Source: Lytechinus pictus | Lineage: Eukaryota | DNA length: 64,000 nt | Direction: 5' to 3' | NCBI RefSeq assembly: GCF_037042905.1 | Contig: NC_087251.1 | Span: forward strand, 18,788,001-18,852,000 | Part shown: positions 37,537-50,844 of the stretch, piece after piece | Position numbering within the stretch: position 1 is the stretch's first letter | Layout: every line of letters begins with the position of its first letter | Made by a program: the position numbers and the translations under genes | Notes under the pieces: generated by a model | Databases searched by the model: none | Told to the model about the DNA's origin: nothing | Seen by the model: the letters and a program-made list of their open reading frames with translations, nothing else

Positions 37537-39533
37537 GGGGCGGTATTCTGAAAACGTTCTTATCTTAATTTTGTTCTTATCTACGTCACGTTCTCAAATT
37601 GGTATTCTGAAAACGTTCTTATCTTTTTCTTATCTTTTGTTCTTATCTTTTTCTTATCTTGCTTTCCATCGATGCTGAGCGCGTAAATTTATAATTCGCG
37701 CATATGATACAAAAGCGCGCTAAAAGATAAGAACAAAATAAAGATAAGTGGTATTCTGAAAATGTTCTTATCTTTTTTCTTTCTTATCTCTTTACGATAT
37801 TTATGATAATTAAGATAGCTAGAGGGTTATCACATCTTACGCTGTCCGCCTTCTTTCTTGCTAAAAATCGATGGCCACTGGTAGTAACAAATATTCCTCC
37901 CAACCTTTCTTTCATTCACCCTTTATTATGCCTGTCTCTTTTTTCTATCCCTTTTTTCTTTCTTTCTTTTTTTCTTTATTTCTTTCTTTCGTCCTTCCTA
38001 TCGTTCTGTCTTTCTTTATTTCATTTAGGCCTATTTCTTTTCGCTTTTTCTTCCTTTCTGTTTGTCTTTTTTCATTTCTTTCATTCTTCATTTTGTTTTA
38101 TTCTTTTGAATCTTTTAACTTCTTCCTTATTTTTTTTTTGCGTTATTTTATTTATTCTTTCTTTTTTTTTTTTTTTTATTGAATTTATTTCCGTTAAAAA
38201 CAAATAACAATACATATAAAATTATACATGTGAATTGATAAATGAAAAACGGGAGGATGGCCCTGCTCAGCAACATCAATCATGGTGCTGCTGGTCTACC
38301 GAGGGGTCCTTCCTTTTTTATTTTCCCTTTCCGATTTTTTTCCTTTTTTTCTTTACTAAGTTTTTTTTATTTCACCTTTTCTCTCTTTCTTTCTGTTTTT
38401 TTTTTTCCTTTCTTCCTTCACTTTATTTATTTTTGTAATCTTTTTATTTCTTCATTTTTTAGGGTAAATTATACTTCACTTTTTTCTTTATTCTTTCCAT
38501 TAATCTTTCTTCGTTTTTTCATTCATTCTTCATTTTTCCTGCCTTTTTATTTTCCCTTTCTTTTTCTTTCCTTCTTTGAATTTACCTTTCTTTTTATCTT
38601 CATTTAGTTTTCAATTTTGCTTTACTTTTCCTTTCATCTTTTATCTTCCCTCTCTTATCTCTTTCTTTCTCTCCCTCTCTTTCTTTATTTCTTTGTTTCA
38701 TTTTCCCTTTTTCTCTCTTCCTTCACTTTTTACATATTTTTATTCCTTCCTTTTTTTTACTTTCTTTCATTCGTTTTTTCTAACTTTTTTTTGTTTGTTA
38801 TTCCTTCATTTTATCCCTTTTAATCTGTTTATTTTGTACTTTTTCGTTTTTTCCCCTTTAAGTTTTTTTCCCTATTCCTTCTTTATTTTTCCTTCAATTT
38901 TATATTCCTCTTTTTATCATTGATTATCATTCTATGTATTCCTCCTTTTTTTTTCTTGTATTCTTTCCTTTTTATTTCTTTTCATTTTTAAAATTTTCTT
39001 TAAAGTTCCTTTTGCTTGCTTTCTTTCGTTTACCTTTTCTTTCTTTCATTGTTTTCTGCATTGATCCTTTTATTTTTTAAAATTTCTGCTTCATTCTGAC
39101 CCTTTTCTGTCTTCTTACTTACCTACTTACTTTACTTCTTTCTTCCTGTTTTATTCTTATTCGTAACTGCTTTCTTTACCTTTTTTCTTTACTTTCTTTC
39201 TTTCTTTATTTTGTGCACGTGTCTCGAAATAATAATCAGTCATTGCATATAAAATGCCTATTTCGCGCAGTGCGCAAGAAACAGTGCACGCGCAGCGCCC
39301 ATGATATTCTCTTCACATAAGGAACGCTTTTATTGGTTAAACTGCCAATATAAAGCGCATTTTGATTGGTAATATCTTAAAAATGGGCGTGTTGAAGATA
39401 AGAAGGAGGCAGTCCTTACAGAGATAAGAACGCGCTAAGAAGATTTTCAGAATACCGATTTGCAATGATTTTAGCGTCTTCTTATCTCATTGAGATAAGA
39501 ACAAAGATAAGAACGTTTTCAGAATACCACCCC
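37537..39533. mobile_element. 2-kb TIR element (Harbinger-like ends) with a long pyrimidine tract
   Basis: GGGGCGGTATTCTGAAAACGTTCTTATCTT ... AAGATAAGAACGTTTTCAGAATACCACCCC. Confidence 0.8.
38162..38309 (-). mobile_element. Polyadenylated retroposon 3' end inserted in a T-rich tract
   Basis: Minus strand GGACCCCTCGGTAGACCAGC...GCTGAGCAGGGCCATCC...AAATAAATTCAATAAAAAAAA. Confidence 0.65.
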
Positions 39534-41879
39534 TTGGCATTCAGGGTGCGGGGGCTTCAGTTTTCATCAGAAAATGTATGAAATAACGAAAAGGAGGGTT
39601 AGTTAGCCACTAGACTAGACCAGCTTAGCATGTCTTCAAAAAAGGGCAGCTAACACTCTGACCTGACGGCACGCTCTATCAGGTCATGACCTAATTTGGT
39701 AATCCAATAAGCAAACAACTGTCTCACTGCCGTGCACCGCAAATCCCTCGAGCTCAAACAGCGAGCGTTGCCGTGGAAACAGGCTCGACTCGCCCCACTC
39801 CAAGTCATAAAGCATTCCTTTCTCTGCCACATGGCCTATCACTCGCTCCTTGCCAGACATGATTACGCAATGTATTCTGGCTTCTGTTTACATTCTCAGA
39901 ACACATCCCCTCCCCTCTCTCTCTCTCTCTCTCCCCCTCTCCCCCTCTCCCAGTCGTAAAACATTCCTTTCTCTGACTGCGCTGCACTGGCGCTCATTTG
40001 AAAGAGCAACTCGATGTATTATGTCGAACTGTCTCAGTCCTGTTCACTGTTCACAAGACAAAAATACGCCTGCATTTTTTAAAAGGAAATATCTACATCT
40101 CTAAAAGAATCCGCCACGTAAGAAGCACATGATCCTAACTCAATTTTCATTGTAAATATTTTTATCATGCGTCGTTACTTCTCCCTTTTTTTCGTATGAC
40201 GGTTTGCAGGTTTGAGAATGAACTCGGCCTGGCCCGCAACCCGCGATCGGGGGCATACCGGCAGGTTAACCCGTACCGCAACAGGTGCGGGTTACAACAT
40301 TATTTAAAACGTCAAAAAAAACACAAACAGAAATTAAAAAGAATGGAATTAGCGATTGGGGAACTCTAATATAATGTTCACAATTTTTTTACTGCTTTTC
40401 AATGGTTATATAGTTCCGATGATTACACCTTTTTAACTCTCAATGCTTCTATAGGTTATCCTTAATTCATCTATCCCGCTAGTCAATCTATATGCTTCGG
40501 ATGGGGGGGGGGCGGGCAAAAGTGATTTTTTTTTTTGCTGATCGCTATACGCATCCGATATTTTAATAGAGAATTTTTTTTGTTGTTGTATGTTTGATAT
40601 TTCTATGTCAGGTTTAATTTTTCTTAAAGTGCTTTTCAAGATTTACATTTCATATTTATTTTTTCAAGTCCTCAAAATTATTGGGGGCATGTATGAATTA
40701 TGCTTGCTCCCATATTTTAGGGGCGATCGTCCCCTGCCTGCTCCACAATCGATCGAGGCCTCTGTCTCCTGTCATAATTTTTTTATCCATGCTGTCTGAC
40801 TCCATCCTGTGTTCTGTGTATATACGTTGTATCTACATGTGTGTAAACCAGCTAGTGAAAGAAGAATTTCCTTTATGTACAAGAAAGTTATTCAATTCAA
40901 TTCAATTCTTAATTGTCACATTCACCCCGATCCCCACGTCTCTTTCTTACCCTAACTTTTATTTAGCTGTATGCGCTTACAAAATTATGTCAAAATGCAA
41001 GCTTCGTGTCACCGAGAGCGCACTCCCCCTTTCCCTGAAATTTTTGCACGATTTGTTTCTTTAATTCAGTCAATCAACTATTTGTTGGGGTGGACTTGTC
41101 CTTTAACATTTACTAGAAACACTAATGATTGTACAGTTAGGAACCATTTCTTCTGTGTAATTTTTGGGCACATAAACACAATCTATTTTGCTATTTTTTC
41201 AGAAGTTATAGGGAATTATTATTAACATTAAGTTATTAACAAAAACACCCCCATTTTAGGATTGATTTATTAATCCTATCCAATATTATGGAAAAAAGAT
41301 TCTTGGATTGTGTGTTCTACTGTCACAGAACTATATTACTGTGTATCTAAGTGTTTTATTGGTAGTGGACACCTACATTATATATAATCAAGTGTGGTGA
41401 TGTCTACACTGCATTTTAAAGTTTTAACAGATGTAATCACAGAGTTTTGATTATGTATTAATCTGGGTGGCCTCATTTGCACCATCAGACATGATGAGTT
41501 CATAGGCATCCAGTCTGAAAAACAAAGGGAAAGTGGTGAAATTTACTACAGTTCTGGCATGCCCAATAATACCTTACACAAGTAAACTAAGATAAAAGTT
41601 AATACACATTACTGGGTAGGTACAGTACTCGCCTCTCTAAGGTGGCAATGCTACTTTCAAAATTTTGATTTTGAGGTGCTGCTGGGTTTGTGCTCCTCCT
41701 GGCCATGTGCACTGGGCTGTGAGACGTTCTCTATACTCGAAATCTGTGCTAAGCCTAAGGAACTCAAATATTTTATGAACAGTAATCCATTTGAGCTACC
41801 ATTCTTGAGCAGTGAGCTAAAAACTCACAGGCAGCCTTATTTACCCCACTCTCCCCTATACATGTATCTTGTGAGGCTG

Positions 41880-44274
41880 CATAGGCAGATCCAGGGGGGG
41901 GGGGCAGGGCCCCCCCCCCCCTCCAGTGGCAGAGCAAAAAAAAAATGAAAAAAGGGGGAAAGAAAGAAAAAAAGAAGGGGAAAGAAAATAGGAAAAACTT
42001 AGGAAAAGAGGAGGGAGACGAGTGAATAAAATAGGTCAGGGGAAGTCTTGGAAAATGATTTTAGCATATATTTTCATGTCACTATTAGATGTTTGCTCGC
42101 GCTTCGCGCTTGTATAGCCTGTTCAATGAGATACATATCTTGCTCAATAGGCTGATATGTAGCTTAAAATATCAAGTTTTGAAGTCAATATACATAGCAT
42201 ATTTCAGCTTCGACATCAAGCTTTCATTATTTTGTTTGATTTACAAATTGATTTTTTAAAGTGTTCTATAAAATGTCCGTTTTATCGTGTGAATATCATA
42301 TGCAGTTCTTTGCGCTGTGCGCTTGCATTATTTGATTTGCCAAGTAGGACAACATATTGTCTTTGTTTATTCCATAAGATTCTTTATATATTAATTCTAT
42401 AACAAACTACTTAAAATCCCCCTTTTATGACAGTTTATCAAAAATTTCGTCTCACGATTTGCGCTCGCATTATCGTTGAAAATATATTAACTCATAAATC
42501 CTATGATTATTTGATTTGCCAAGTAGGGCAACATATTGTCTTTGTTTATTCCATAAGATTCTTTATATATTAATTCTATAACAAACTACTTAAAATCCCC
42601 CTTTTATGACAGTTTATCAAAAATTTCGTCTCACGATTTGCGCTCGCATTATCGTTGAAAATATATCAACTCATAAATCCTATGATTATTTGATTTGCCA
42701 AGTAGGGCAACATATTGTCTTTGTTTATTCCATAAGATTCTTTATATATTAATTCTATAACAAACTACTTAAAATCCCCCTTTTATGACAGTTTATCAAA
42801 AATTTAGTCTCACGATTTGCGCTCGCATTATCGTTGAAAATATATCAACTCATAAATCATATTCATGATTACAAAAGTGTTTAAAATATCCAGTTTTCAG
42901 GCCTCAATGTTAACAGCTTTTACTCACTCTTTATAGTCTTATTATATTAATAAACATGATGATAACATTTTCATAAATTCCTTATAACTAAATTGTCCCT
43001 TTTTCAGAAAGGAATATCGACAAGTTTCATATCGCGCTTAGGAAGAGGAATAGGAAGATAGTCATCATTTTCATATGATGAGAACATGTCCTTAGGCCTA
43101 GGTCCAGGTCCTAGGTCAGAATAATAAAAATATCAGCTCGCGCTTCGTACTCGCATCATTTATTAAGTGCTGTCCACATCTACTTCACAATTTCCCTACA
43201 CAGTGCTTAAATTCACCCTTTTCATATCGGAATATCAATTTTTTCCGCACGCGCTTTGCGCTCGCATTTTTGATTTTCATGATAAAAGATGATGTATTCA
43301 GCTTGATCTTTATTCAGAACGTGCTAAAATATCTGGTTTCAGATCAGAAAATCAAAAATTTTCTGCTCTTGATTGCGTTTGCATTATTAATGTAGGAAGA
43401 TACCAAATTACCCATCCTTTTTCATGATTTACAAAACATGAATAGAGTTTCCAATTTTTAGGTCTGAAATCTCATTTTTTTTCCGGCATCAATTGTTTTG
43501 TTTTATACCTATACCGTTGATGATTACAAAAAATGCTTGGAATGTCAATTTTTTAGGTCAAAAGGTCAAAAAAAATTCTGCTCGCGCTTCGCGCTCGCAT
43601 TATTTAATAGTTAAAATATGTATCGTCTTAATGGCTTACTGCAAAATGTCCTTAACAGGTCCCTTTCTGATCAAGCCAGAATCCATATTAAAAATGTATT
43701 CTCGCGCTTCGCGCTCGCAATAATTATCTGGTTACATACGCATCTTGTTCAGGTTCACAAACATTGCCCAGAATATTCAATTTTAAGGACAAAATACATT
43801 AAATTCCAATAATTTTCAGCTCGCACTTCGTGCTCGCACTATTTAAATAGGGCTTATGACATTATTACACTTTTTTATGTTGTTTTATAAAAATAAAGCT
43901 AAGAAATGACTGTTAGGACATCAGAGTTTTGCCCCCCCCCCCCTAATTTTTCAAGACCAAGAAAAAAAAAATAGAAAAAGAAAGGCATAAGGATGAAATA
44001 TAGGCCTATTATTTTACAAATGTTATGTCAAAATCTATCACAAACTATGATTTTTGTAATAAAAATGTCGAAATTTTTGCTCGCTCGCAACTTCTTATCA
44101 ATTTTATGCGATACGCCATATCGAGCCCCCTAAAGATGTTTGGCTCATTACGCCACTGGGAAAATCCCTTCAAAGAAACAAACAAAAAAATCATCTTTGA
44201 ACGGCTGATCGGGGAGAATATGGGTGAAAAAAAATTTCTGGCCCCCCTATTGGCAGGAGCTGGATCCGCCCCTG
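41880..44274. mobile_element. 2.4-kb TIR element with 6-bp TSD (hAT6-like)
   Basis: CATAGGCAGATCCAG ... CTGGATCCGCCCCTG; TSD aggctg; recurrent CGCGCTTCGCGCTCGCA motifs inside. Confidence 0.75.
42327..42860. repeat. Tandem repeat, 179-bp unit x3
   Basis: ATTATTTGATTTGCCAAGTAGG at 42327, 42506 and 42685. Confidence 0.9.
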
Positions 44275-45913
44275 AGGCTGTGCCTCAATTTCTAAAATAC
44301 CGGGTATGTACATATTATTATGGGAAAATATGAAGTAGAAGTGAATGTAACTCAAAAATTCAAAACAGTTTCAGGTTTTTCTGTACATTTAATGATTTAT
44401 TGCAGCCTTTGTTCTTCATCTGTAGAAAACTTAAATAGGAATCGCCTGTCACACTGCAGCCACAGTTTCACACACAGATTGCGCAACTGCGCATTTTGCC
44501 ATTGAAATTGCTTGTGCGACAATTGGTGCGTAGTTTTAAGACCCCCTACCATATGCTTAGCCTTAATAGGTAGACAGCTAAAATCTATCTATCTGGAGTA
44601 GCAGAATAACTGATGAAACAGAGACTGAAGCTGTCATTCTAGTGCTAACTATAGTATTAAACATACCATGGCATATGTAGCATACTGCTAGCCGAGTGCT
44701 AGCCATAATTGTTTTAGGCCCATAAGCTAGCAGAACATTAAATTTAAATAAAAAACAACAACCCACAAACATTATGTTAGTTGTAAGTTTGTTGTACAGG
44801 TAGGTGCTCAAATCTACACAGTGCTCCTTGTCTGCGCATGCGCATATCTGCGCAATTTTAATAAAAGAAGACCTGCAACAACCACAAACTTTACACCTGC
44901 AATATATTATAGATCTAGACAGATATTGAAAAATCCAAGTCAAAGTGGTGGAAAAATATTGAATTTCAGGCATTTCATGTAACAGCCTCAAAATGCAGTC
45001 TTTCTCATACAAATCCCTGAATTGTGTGTAAAGTGAATGGGTGTGCGCCATTGTTTAGTTCAATCAAAATGACTGGCTGTGGGGTTTTTCAAAGAAGATC
45101 ATATATTTCTCTCAAATTGTTATGAGATTTTTGGCACATTTACTTTCAAGAATATAAGGAACCTTATCAACTTAGAATTTTATCGGATTTGAAATGAATT
45201 CACGCTCAATATTAGGTTAAGGTTAGATGCGCTGACATGCCCCACCCCCAGGACACGATGGAATTTACAATGAATAAAGAAAGTTCTATGTGCGATTGTC
45301 CCGTTTTAGTTATGGGGGGAACAGGGGTAAGGATGGGTGATCTGTTGTCCAGACAGTCTAGCAGATGAAATCATATTTTGTTTTGGATTTCCGCAACATT
45401 GGTGCATTCAATACTAAAATAATTTAGAATATTTGTGCTTTGTAATTTTGTCTGATATTACTTTCAATTCTTAAATAAATGTTAATCTCAAAGTTCCTGA
45501 AATTACCGTCTTGTCCGTACAAATTACCTATCCGGACACACAACAATGGGGTATACTGAACAATGAGTTTGAATTTCATATCTTTGTTTTTGGCATAGCC
45601 ACTGGTCAAGGAATGACAAAATCTATTGAACATCGAGATAAAAACAAAGAGCAATTTTAACTCATTAAATGGTTGTGTAGCAATTAGCAACAAGATGTAA
45701 AACAATACACACCAAAAGTGAGGTAATATTAGACAAGGCTCCATATAAACTCTTTTTTTTTGTGATGGCCTGAATGCCACCGAATAAACGTATGGTGCCC
45801 TTATATATGGAATAAATATTTAACAAGTTGTGACTACTTTGATCCTTATATTTGCTTCCCAGGCAAGCAATAATCATTTTCGTCCAAATTTCTTCTTTAA
45901 ATTTGATATGAAG

Positions 45914-46042
45914 GTAACTGTTGGAAGAGGGATGGATGTGAGCATTCAGTTGCTAGCGTCACAGAACAATCTATTCCTCTCAAGAAAGCACTGTACATTC
46001 AAACAAGTGGAAGGTGGAGGATGGACAGTGATTGATAACAAG
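45914..46042 (+). CDS. RNF8: RNF8 exon 2 (FHA domain)
   Basis: VTVGRGMDVSIQLLASQNNLFLSRKHCTFKQVEGGGWTVIDNK with FHA GR and SRxH motifs; GTATG donor. Confidence 0.93.
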
Positions 46043-46349
46043 GTATGTTATGTCATTGAAATTCACATTATTATACTGAATGTTTGTATTTTGGGTCATA
46101 TTCTTTGTTACTGAACTTTGAACTGAATTTTCAATCGTGTTTTTAGAAAGTTATCCTTTGTCTTGTCTGTTGATGGAGGAAATAAATCCTAGTATTTCAT
46201 ATAGGGGTGAATTATACTTGATTTTTTTAATCTGGAAAAAATTATGAGAATACAACAAGAAACCTGTTCTGATCCCGTACTAAAATTTAAAATTGTACAT
46301 GTATATCAATTGGGCTATTGAAAATTGATTATCTATTTCATGTTTTCAG

Positions 46350-47201
46350 AGCCTGAATGGTGTTCAGATTAATGACAATCGGGTAAAACCAATGGAGCCG
46401 GCAAACCTGAGAATTGGAGATAAATTAGAGTTGGGTCAGGCAAACAAAGGACAAGTGAATGAGTTTATCTTCACAGTGTGCTGCATAGACCATTCCGCAG
46501 AGGAAGTGGACAAACTCCTGAGAGCTTGGAAGAGGAGGGCCGAAAAAATCAAGCTCAAGTTGGCGGCAAAATCTTCTCAACCCATGGACAGCGAAAATAG
46601 TGTAAAGTCAGATTCTCAGTCGGGTAGTCTTGGCTGTTCATCATCGGGTGATAGAAAACGAAAAGAAAGAGATGAACAGAATGTTAGAAGTAGTGCATTC
46701 AATGAACCTTCCACCTCATCTGATGTAAAGAGGACTAGACTTTCTCTTGATGGTAATCTTAAGAACTCTGGATTTAGGCAGCTCATGGAGGAGGTAGGGG
46801 CCAACATGACAGCTGAAGAATTGAAAGCAATAACAGAACTCTTAGCAGAGAAGAAAGGAGAGAACAAAGGAGAGAGTGTACTTGAAAGACTTCGATCGAC
46901 TGTGAAGAAGCAGGAGGAAGTGGAGGAGAAGAATGCCAAGCTTGAGGTTGAATACAAGACCAGGGTGGAGGAGAAGGAAGAGGAACTGAGGCAAAAGGAC
47001 AAAGAGCTTGTAGAGCAAAAAAGACTTCAAGAAGAAGCAGTAGAAATGCAAAAGAGACTCTTAGAGGAGAAGGAAGAAGCATTGGCAAAGATGAAATGTG
47101 AGATGGAGGAGGTGTTGGAAAAGCAGGTCAAGGAGAAAGAGACAGCTCTAATGGAACAGCTCAAACAACAGAGAGAAGAACTCAAACATGAGAAAGAAAA
47201 G
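46350..47201 (+). CDS. RNF8: RNF8 exon 3 (end of FHA, linker, coiled coil)
   Basis: tttcAG acceptor; SLNGVQINDNRVKPMEPANLRIGDKLELG... then E/K-rich coil; 852 nt, phase 0. Confidence 0.93.
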
Positions 47202-47318
47202 GTAAATTGATTTAAATTCACATTAGTGACTAATTCAGAGTAATTATGATTATTGAAAGGTCCAGATTCATTCCACCAAAATCAGTTTTTACACAAAGAA
47301 TTCTGTCACGGGCCAAAT

Positions 47319-50300
47319 GGGTCATTCCATCTGGATTCACTCAGTGGTTGCACCCGACCCTCTCAGTTTTTTTGTCTCACCTGCATAGCAGAGTGAGACT
47401 ATAGGCGCCGCTTTTCCGACGGCGGCGGCGGCGGCGTCAACACCAAATCTTAACCCGAGGTTAAGTTTTTGAAATGACAGCATAACTTAGAAAGTATATG
47501 GACCTAGTTCATGAAACTTGGCCATAAGGTTAATCAAGTATTACTGAACATCCTGCCTGAGTTTCATGTCACATGACCAAGGTCAAAGGTCATTTAGGGT
47601 CAATGAACTTAGACCATGTTGGGGGAATCAACATCAAAATCTTAACCTAAGGTTAAGTTTTTGAAATGTCATCATAACTTAGAAAATATATGGACCTAGT
47701 TCATGAAACTTATGCATAAGGTTAATCAAGTATCACTGAACATCCTGCATGAGTTTCACGTCACATGACCAAGGTCAAAGGTCATTTAGGGTCAATGAAC
47801 TTTGGCCGAATTGGGGGTATCTGTTGAATTACCATCATAACTTTGAAAGTTTATGGATCTGATTCATGAAACTTGGACATAATAGTAATCAAGTATTACT
47901 GAACATCCTGTGCAAGTTTCAGGTCACATGATCAAGGTCAAAGGTCATTTAGGGTCAATGAACTTTGGCCAAATTGGGGTATTTGTTGAATTACAGCCAT
48001 AAATTTGAAAGTGTGTTGGTCTAGTTCATAAAACTTGGACATAATAGTAATCAAGTATCACTGAACATCCTGTGCGAGTTTCAGGTCACATGATCAAGGT
48101 CAAAGGTCATGTAAGGTCAAAGAACTTTGGCCACGTTGGGGGTATTTGTTGAATTGCCATCATATCTCTATAAGTGTATTGGTCTAGTTCATAAAACGTG
48201 GAAATAAGAGTAACCAAGTATCACTGAACATCTTGTGCGAGTTATAGTAGTTTTCAAAATCAGCACTGCTGCTATATTGAATCGCGTGATGCAGGTGAGA
48301 CGGCCAGAGGCATTCCACTTGTTGTTGTAAATTGGTACACATAAAATTCACCATGGCCCACGCACAAAACAAAAAAATTAGTCCAATCGGTCCGTCGGTT
48401 CTTGTGCTACGGCCCGCCCTTTTCTCATTGTTTTGACAAAAATGGGCGTGACCTTCAACTTTCAATGGCCATTGCGTCGTAACGTGTCGACCAATTTTCA
48501 CGAAACTGGTACCATTCAAAAGGAAATTCAGAGAGGAATCCAAAACATGCATCAAATAATGTATTGGAGCAATTTATAAGGTCATGACCTTTGACCTTGA
48601 GTTTGACCCCCGGATAAATAATTTTTTTACTTGATTTTCGTGTATGTTATCCATTAGTATGATATTAACAAAATGTATTAAAACCAATGATGATATTTTA
48701 TTTCTTCATATTTTAAAACTCTTCAAAAGATACCAATTATCTGATCTGAAATTGCACTATTGTCCCACATACTGATATTCATATTAGTAAAGTGTTTACC
48801 AGTCCTATGATATATGATTTCTTCCAATCTTAAGTTACAGTATGCAAACAGATGAAAAGAAATTAAGCTTATCAGTTGATAAATGAAACATTTATTAACA
48901 TTTATGCTTATGAATACATGTAGGTACCTGTTTAGGCATTTTGATATTGATATATATAGGCAATATATAATAACTCAAAATCTGCTGGGAACTACAATAT
49001 CCTGCTTTCTAGTCAGCTGTACTCCCCAAAGTGAAAGCATCCTTGAGATCCTTGATGCATCAGCATTGGATACATTCGTTATAATGATAATGTTAGAGAT
49101 GGATGATCAATTGGACAGATAATATTGTATCTAGCTACCCAGCAGGTATCCTTTTTCACTGCCTCCCCCATTGAAAAAAAGACAGTATCTACATTTTGCA
49201 TAAGTTGAGATATGAAGCATTTTGTGTTTTCCAAAGCTGCTCAATACTATTTTATTTCTTAGTATTCTTTAATCATCAAATTGTTGAGTATATGCCTATT
49301 TAAGGCTCCCAAAACAAATATTTTATTTTTATTTTTTTTTAATATTGAAGAAATGTACCGTAGATAGGCCTACTCTTGGAAAGTCGAAGCGAATGCTCGG
49401 TTTCTCCATGGAAAGATGCAGTACATGTATCTACAGATGGACCAAAATTCCATTCAGTTTTATTATCACTTGCTTCATTAACCATGAAATAATTTGTCAT
49501 TGTGTATTTAAAGGGGAAAATAATACCTGAGACACACAAAGGGCGCCCTGATAAAAATGAGTTTAATTAACATGTTCTTAATCTGTGGGTACTGCATTTT
49601 TCCATGGGAAACTGAGTATTTGCTTAAAATCTAAATTTACACAAATATCTCAAAACATAAAGACAACATTTGTATGTTTGGCCTGAAATAGGCATTCTAC
49701 AATTTGATAATAAAGGAATAATTGAGAAATAAAATAGTATGGAGCGACTTATAAAAATGTTAATGCTTAATAATAATATCTTATCTTGTGAAAAATGTAG
49801 ATACTGCATTTTGCCGATTACTTAAACGTTGCTATTCAGAAAGCAATTAGGAAAACTGGATGTGTCATGTGAAAAAAGTGGCTTACTGACTACTCTTCTG
49901 AAAAAAAAAATGAAAAGAAAGTCAGACACTGCGTTTTTCCATAGGGGTGCAGTGTAAAGATGGATAAATGTACCTGCTTGATAGTTAGAAACAATATTAT
50001 CTCTCCAATCTATCATCCATCTCTAACATCATCATCATCAAGAATGTATGATGCTTCAAGGATCTGAAGGATGTATCCACTTTGGGGGAGTACAGCTGAC
50101 TAGAAAGCAGTATATTGGAGTTCCCAGCAGTTTTCTAATAATGAGTTATTATATATTGCCCAATATCAAAATGCCTAAATAGATACCTATTCATGAGCAT
50201 AAATGTTTCATTTATCAACTGATAAGCTTAATTTCTTTTCATCTGTTTGCATACTGTAACTTAAAATGGGAAGAAATCATATACCATGGGACTGGTAAAC

Positions 50301-50844
50301 ACTTTACTAACATGAATATCAGTATGTGGGACAATAGTGCAATTTCAGATCAGATAATTGGTATCTTTGGAAGAGTTTTAAAATGTGAAGAAATAAAATA
50401 TCATCATTGGTTTTAATATATTTTGTTAATATCATACTAATGATTAACATACACGAAAATCAAGTAAAAAAGTTATTTGTCCGGGGTCAAACTCAAGGTC
50501 AAAGTAAAGGTCAAAGGTCATGACCTTATAAATCGCTCTAATACATTATTTGACGCATGTTTTGGATTCCTCTCTGAATTTCCTTTTGAATGGTACCAGC
50601 TTCGTGAAAATTGGTCAACACGTTACCAGGCAAAGGCCATTGGAAGTTGAAGGTCACGCCCATTTTGTCAAAACAATATGAAAAGGGCGGGCCGTAGCAC
50701 GAGAACTGACGGACCGATTGGACTAACTTTTTTTGTTTTGTGTGTGGGCCATGGTGAATTTTATGTGTACCAAATTACAACGAATTCTGAGAGGGTCGGG
50801 TGCAAAATTGCACATTCATTGGGTGAATTGGCATGGAATGACCC
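47319..50844. mobile_element. Long-TIR foldback DNA transposon, 4-bp TSD (Sola2-like ends)
   Basis: GGGTCATTCCA ... TGGAATGACCC; TSD aaat; arms of about 0.9 kb (48323-49200 versus 49920-50790) are clearly reverse-complementary. Confidence 0.85.
47367..48323 (+). mobile_element. Helentron-associated (HINE/DINE-like) element
   Basis: Inserted at a T-run; subterminal inverted repeat GTCTCACCTGCAT / ATGCAGGTGAGAC; (GGC)n microsatellite near the 5' end; central 170-190-bp tandem units. Confidence 0.7.

Larger units (their letters stand above)
35472..40302. mobile_element. 4.8-kb hAT-like non-autonomous element carrying nested insertions
   Basis: 17-bp TIR TAATGTTGTAACCCGCA at both ends; 8-bp TSD tttaaaac at 35464-35471 and 40303-40310. 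Confidence 0.85.

Noticed and set aside
46616..47221. Minus-strand ORFs overlapping RNF8 exon 3
   Set aside because: Antisense shadows of a purine-rich coding exon.
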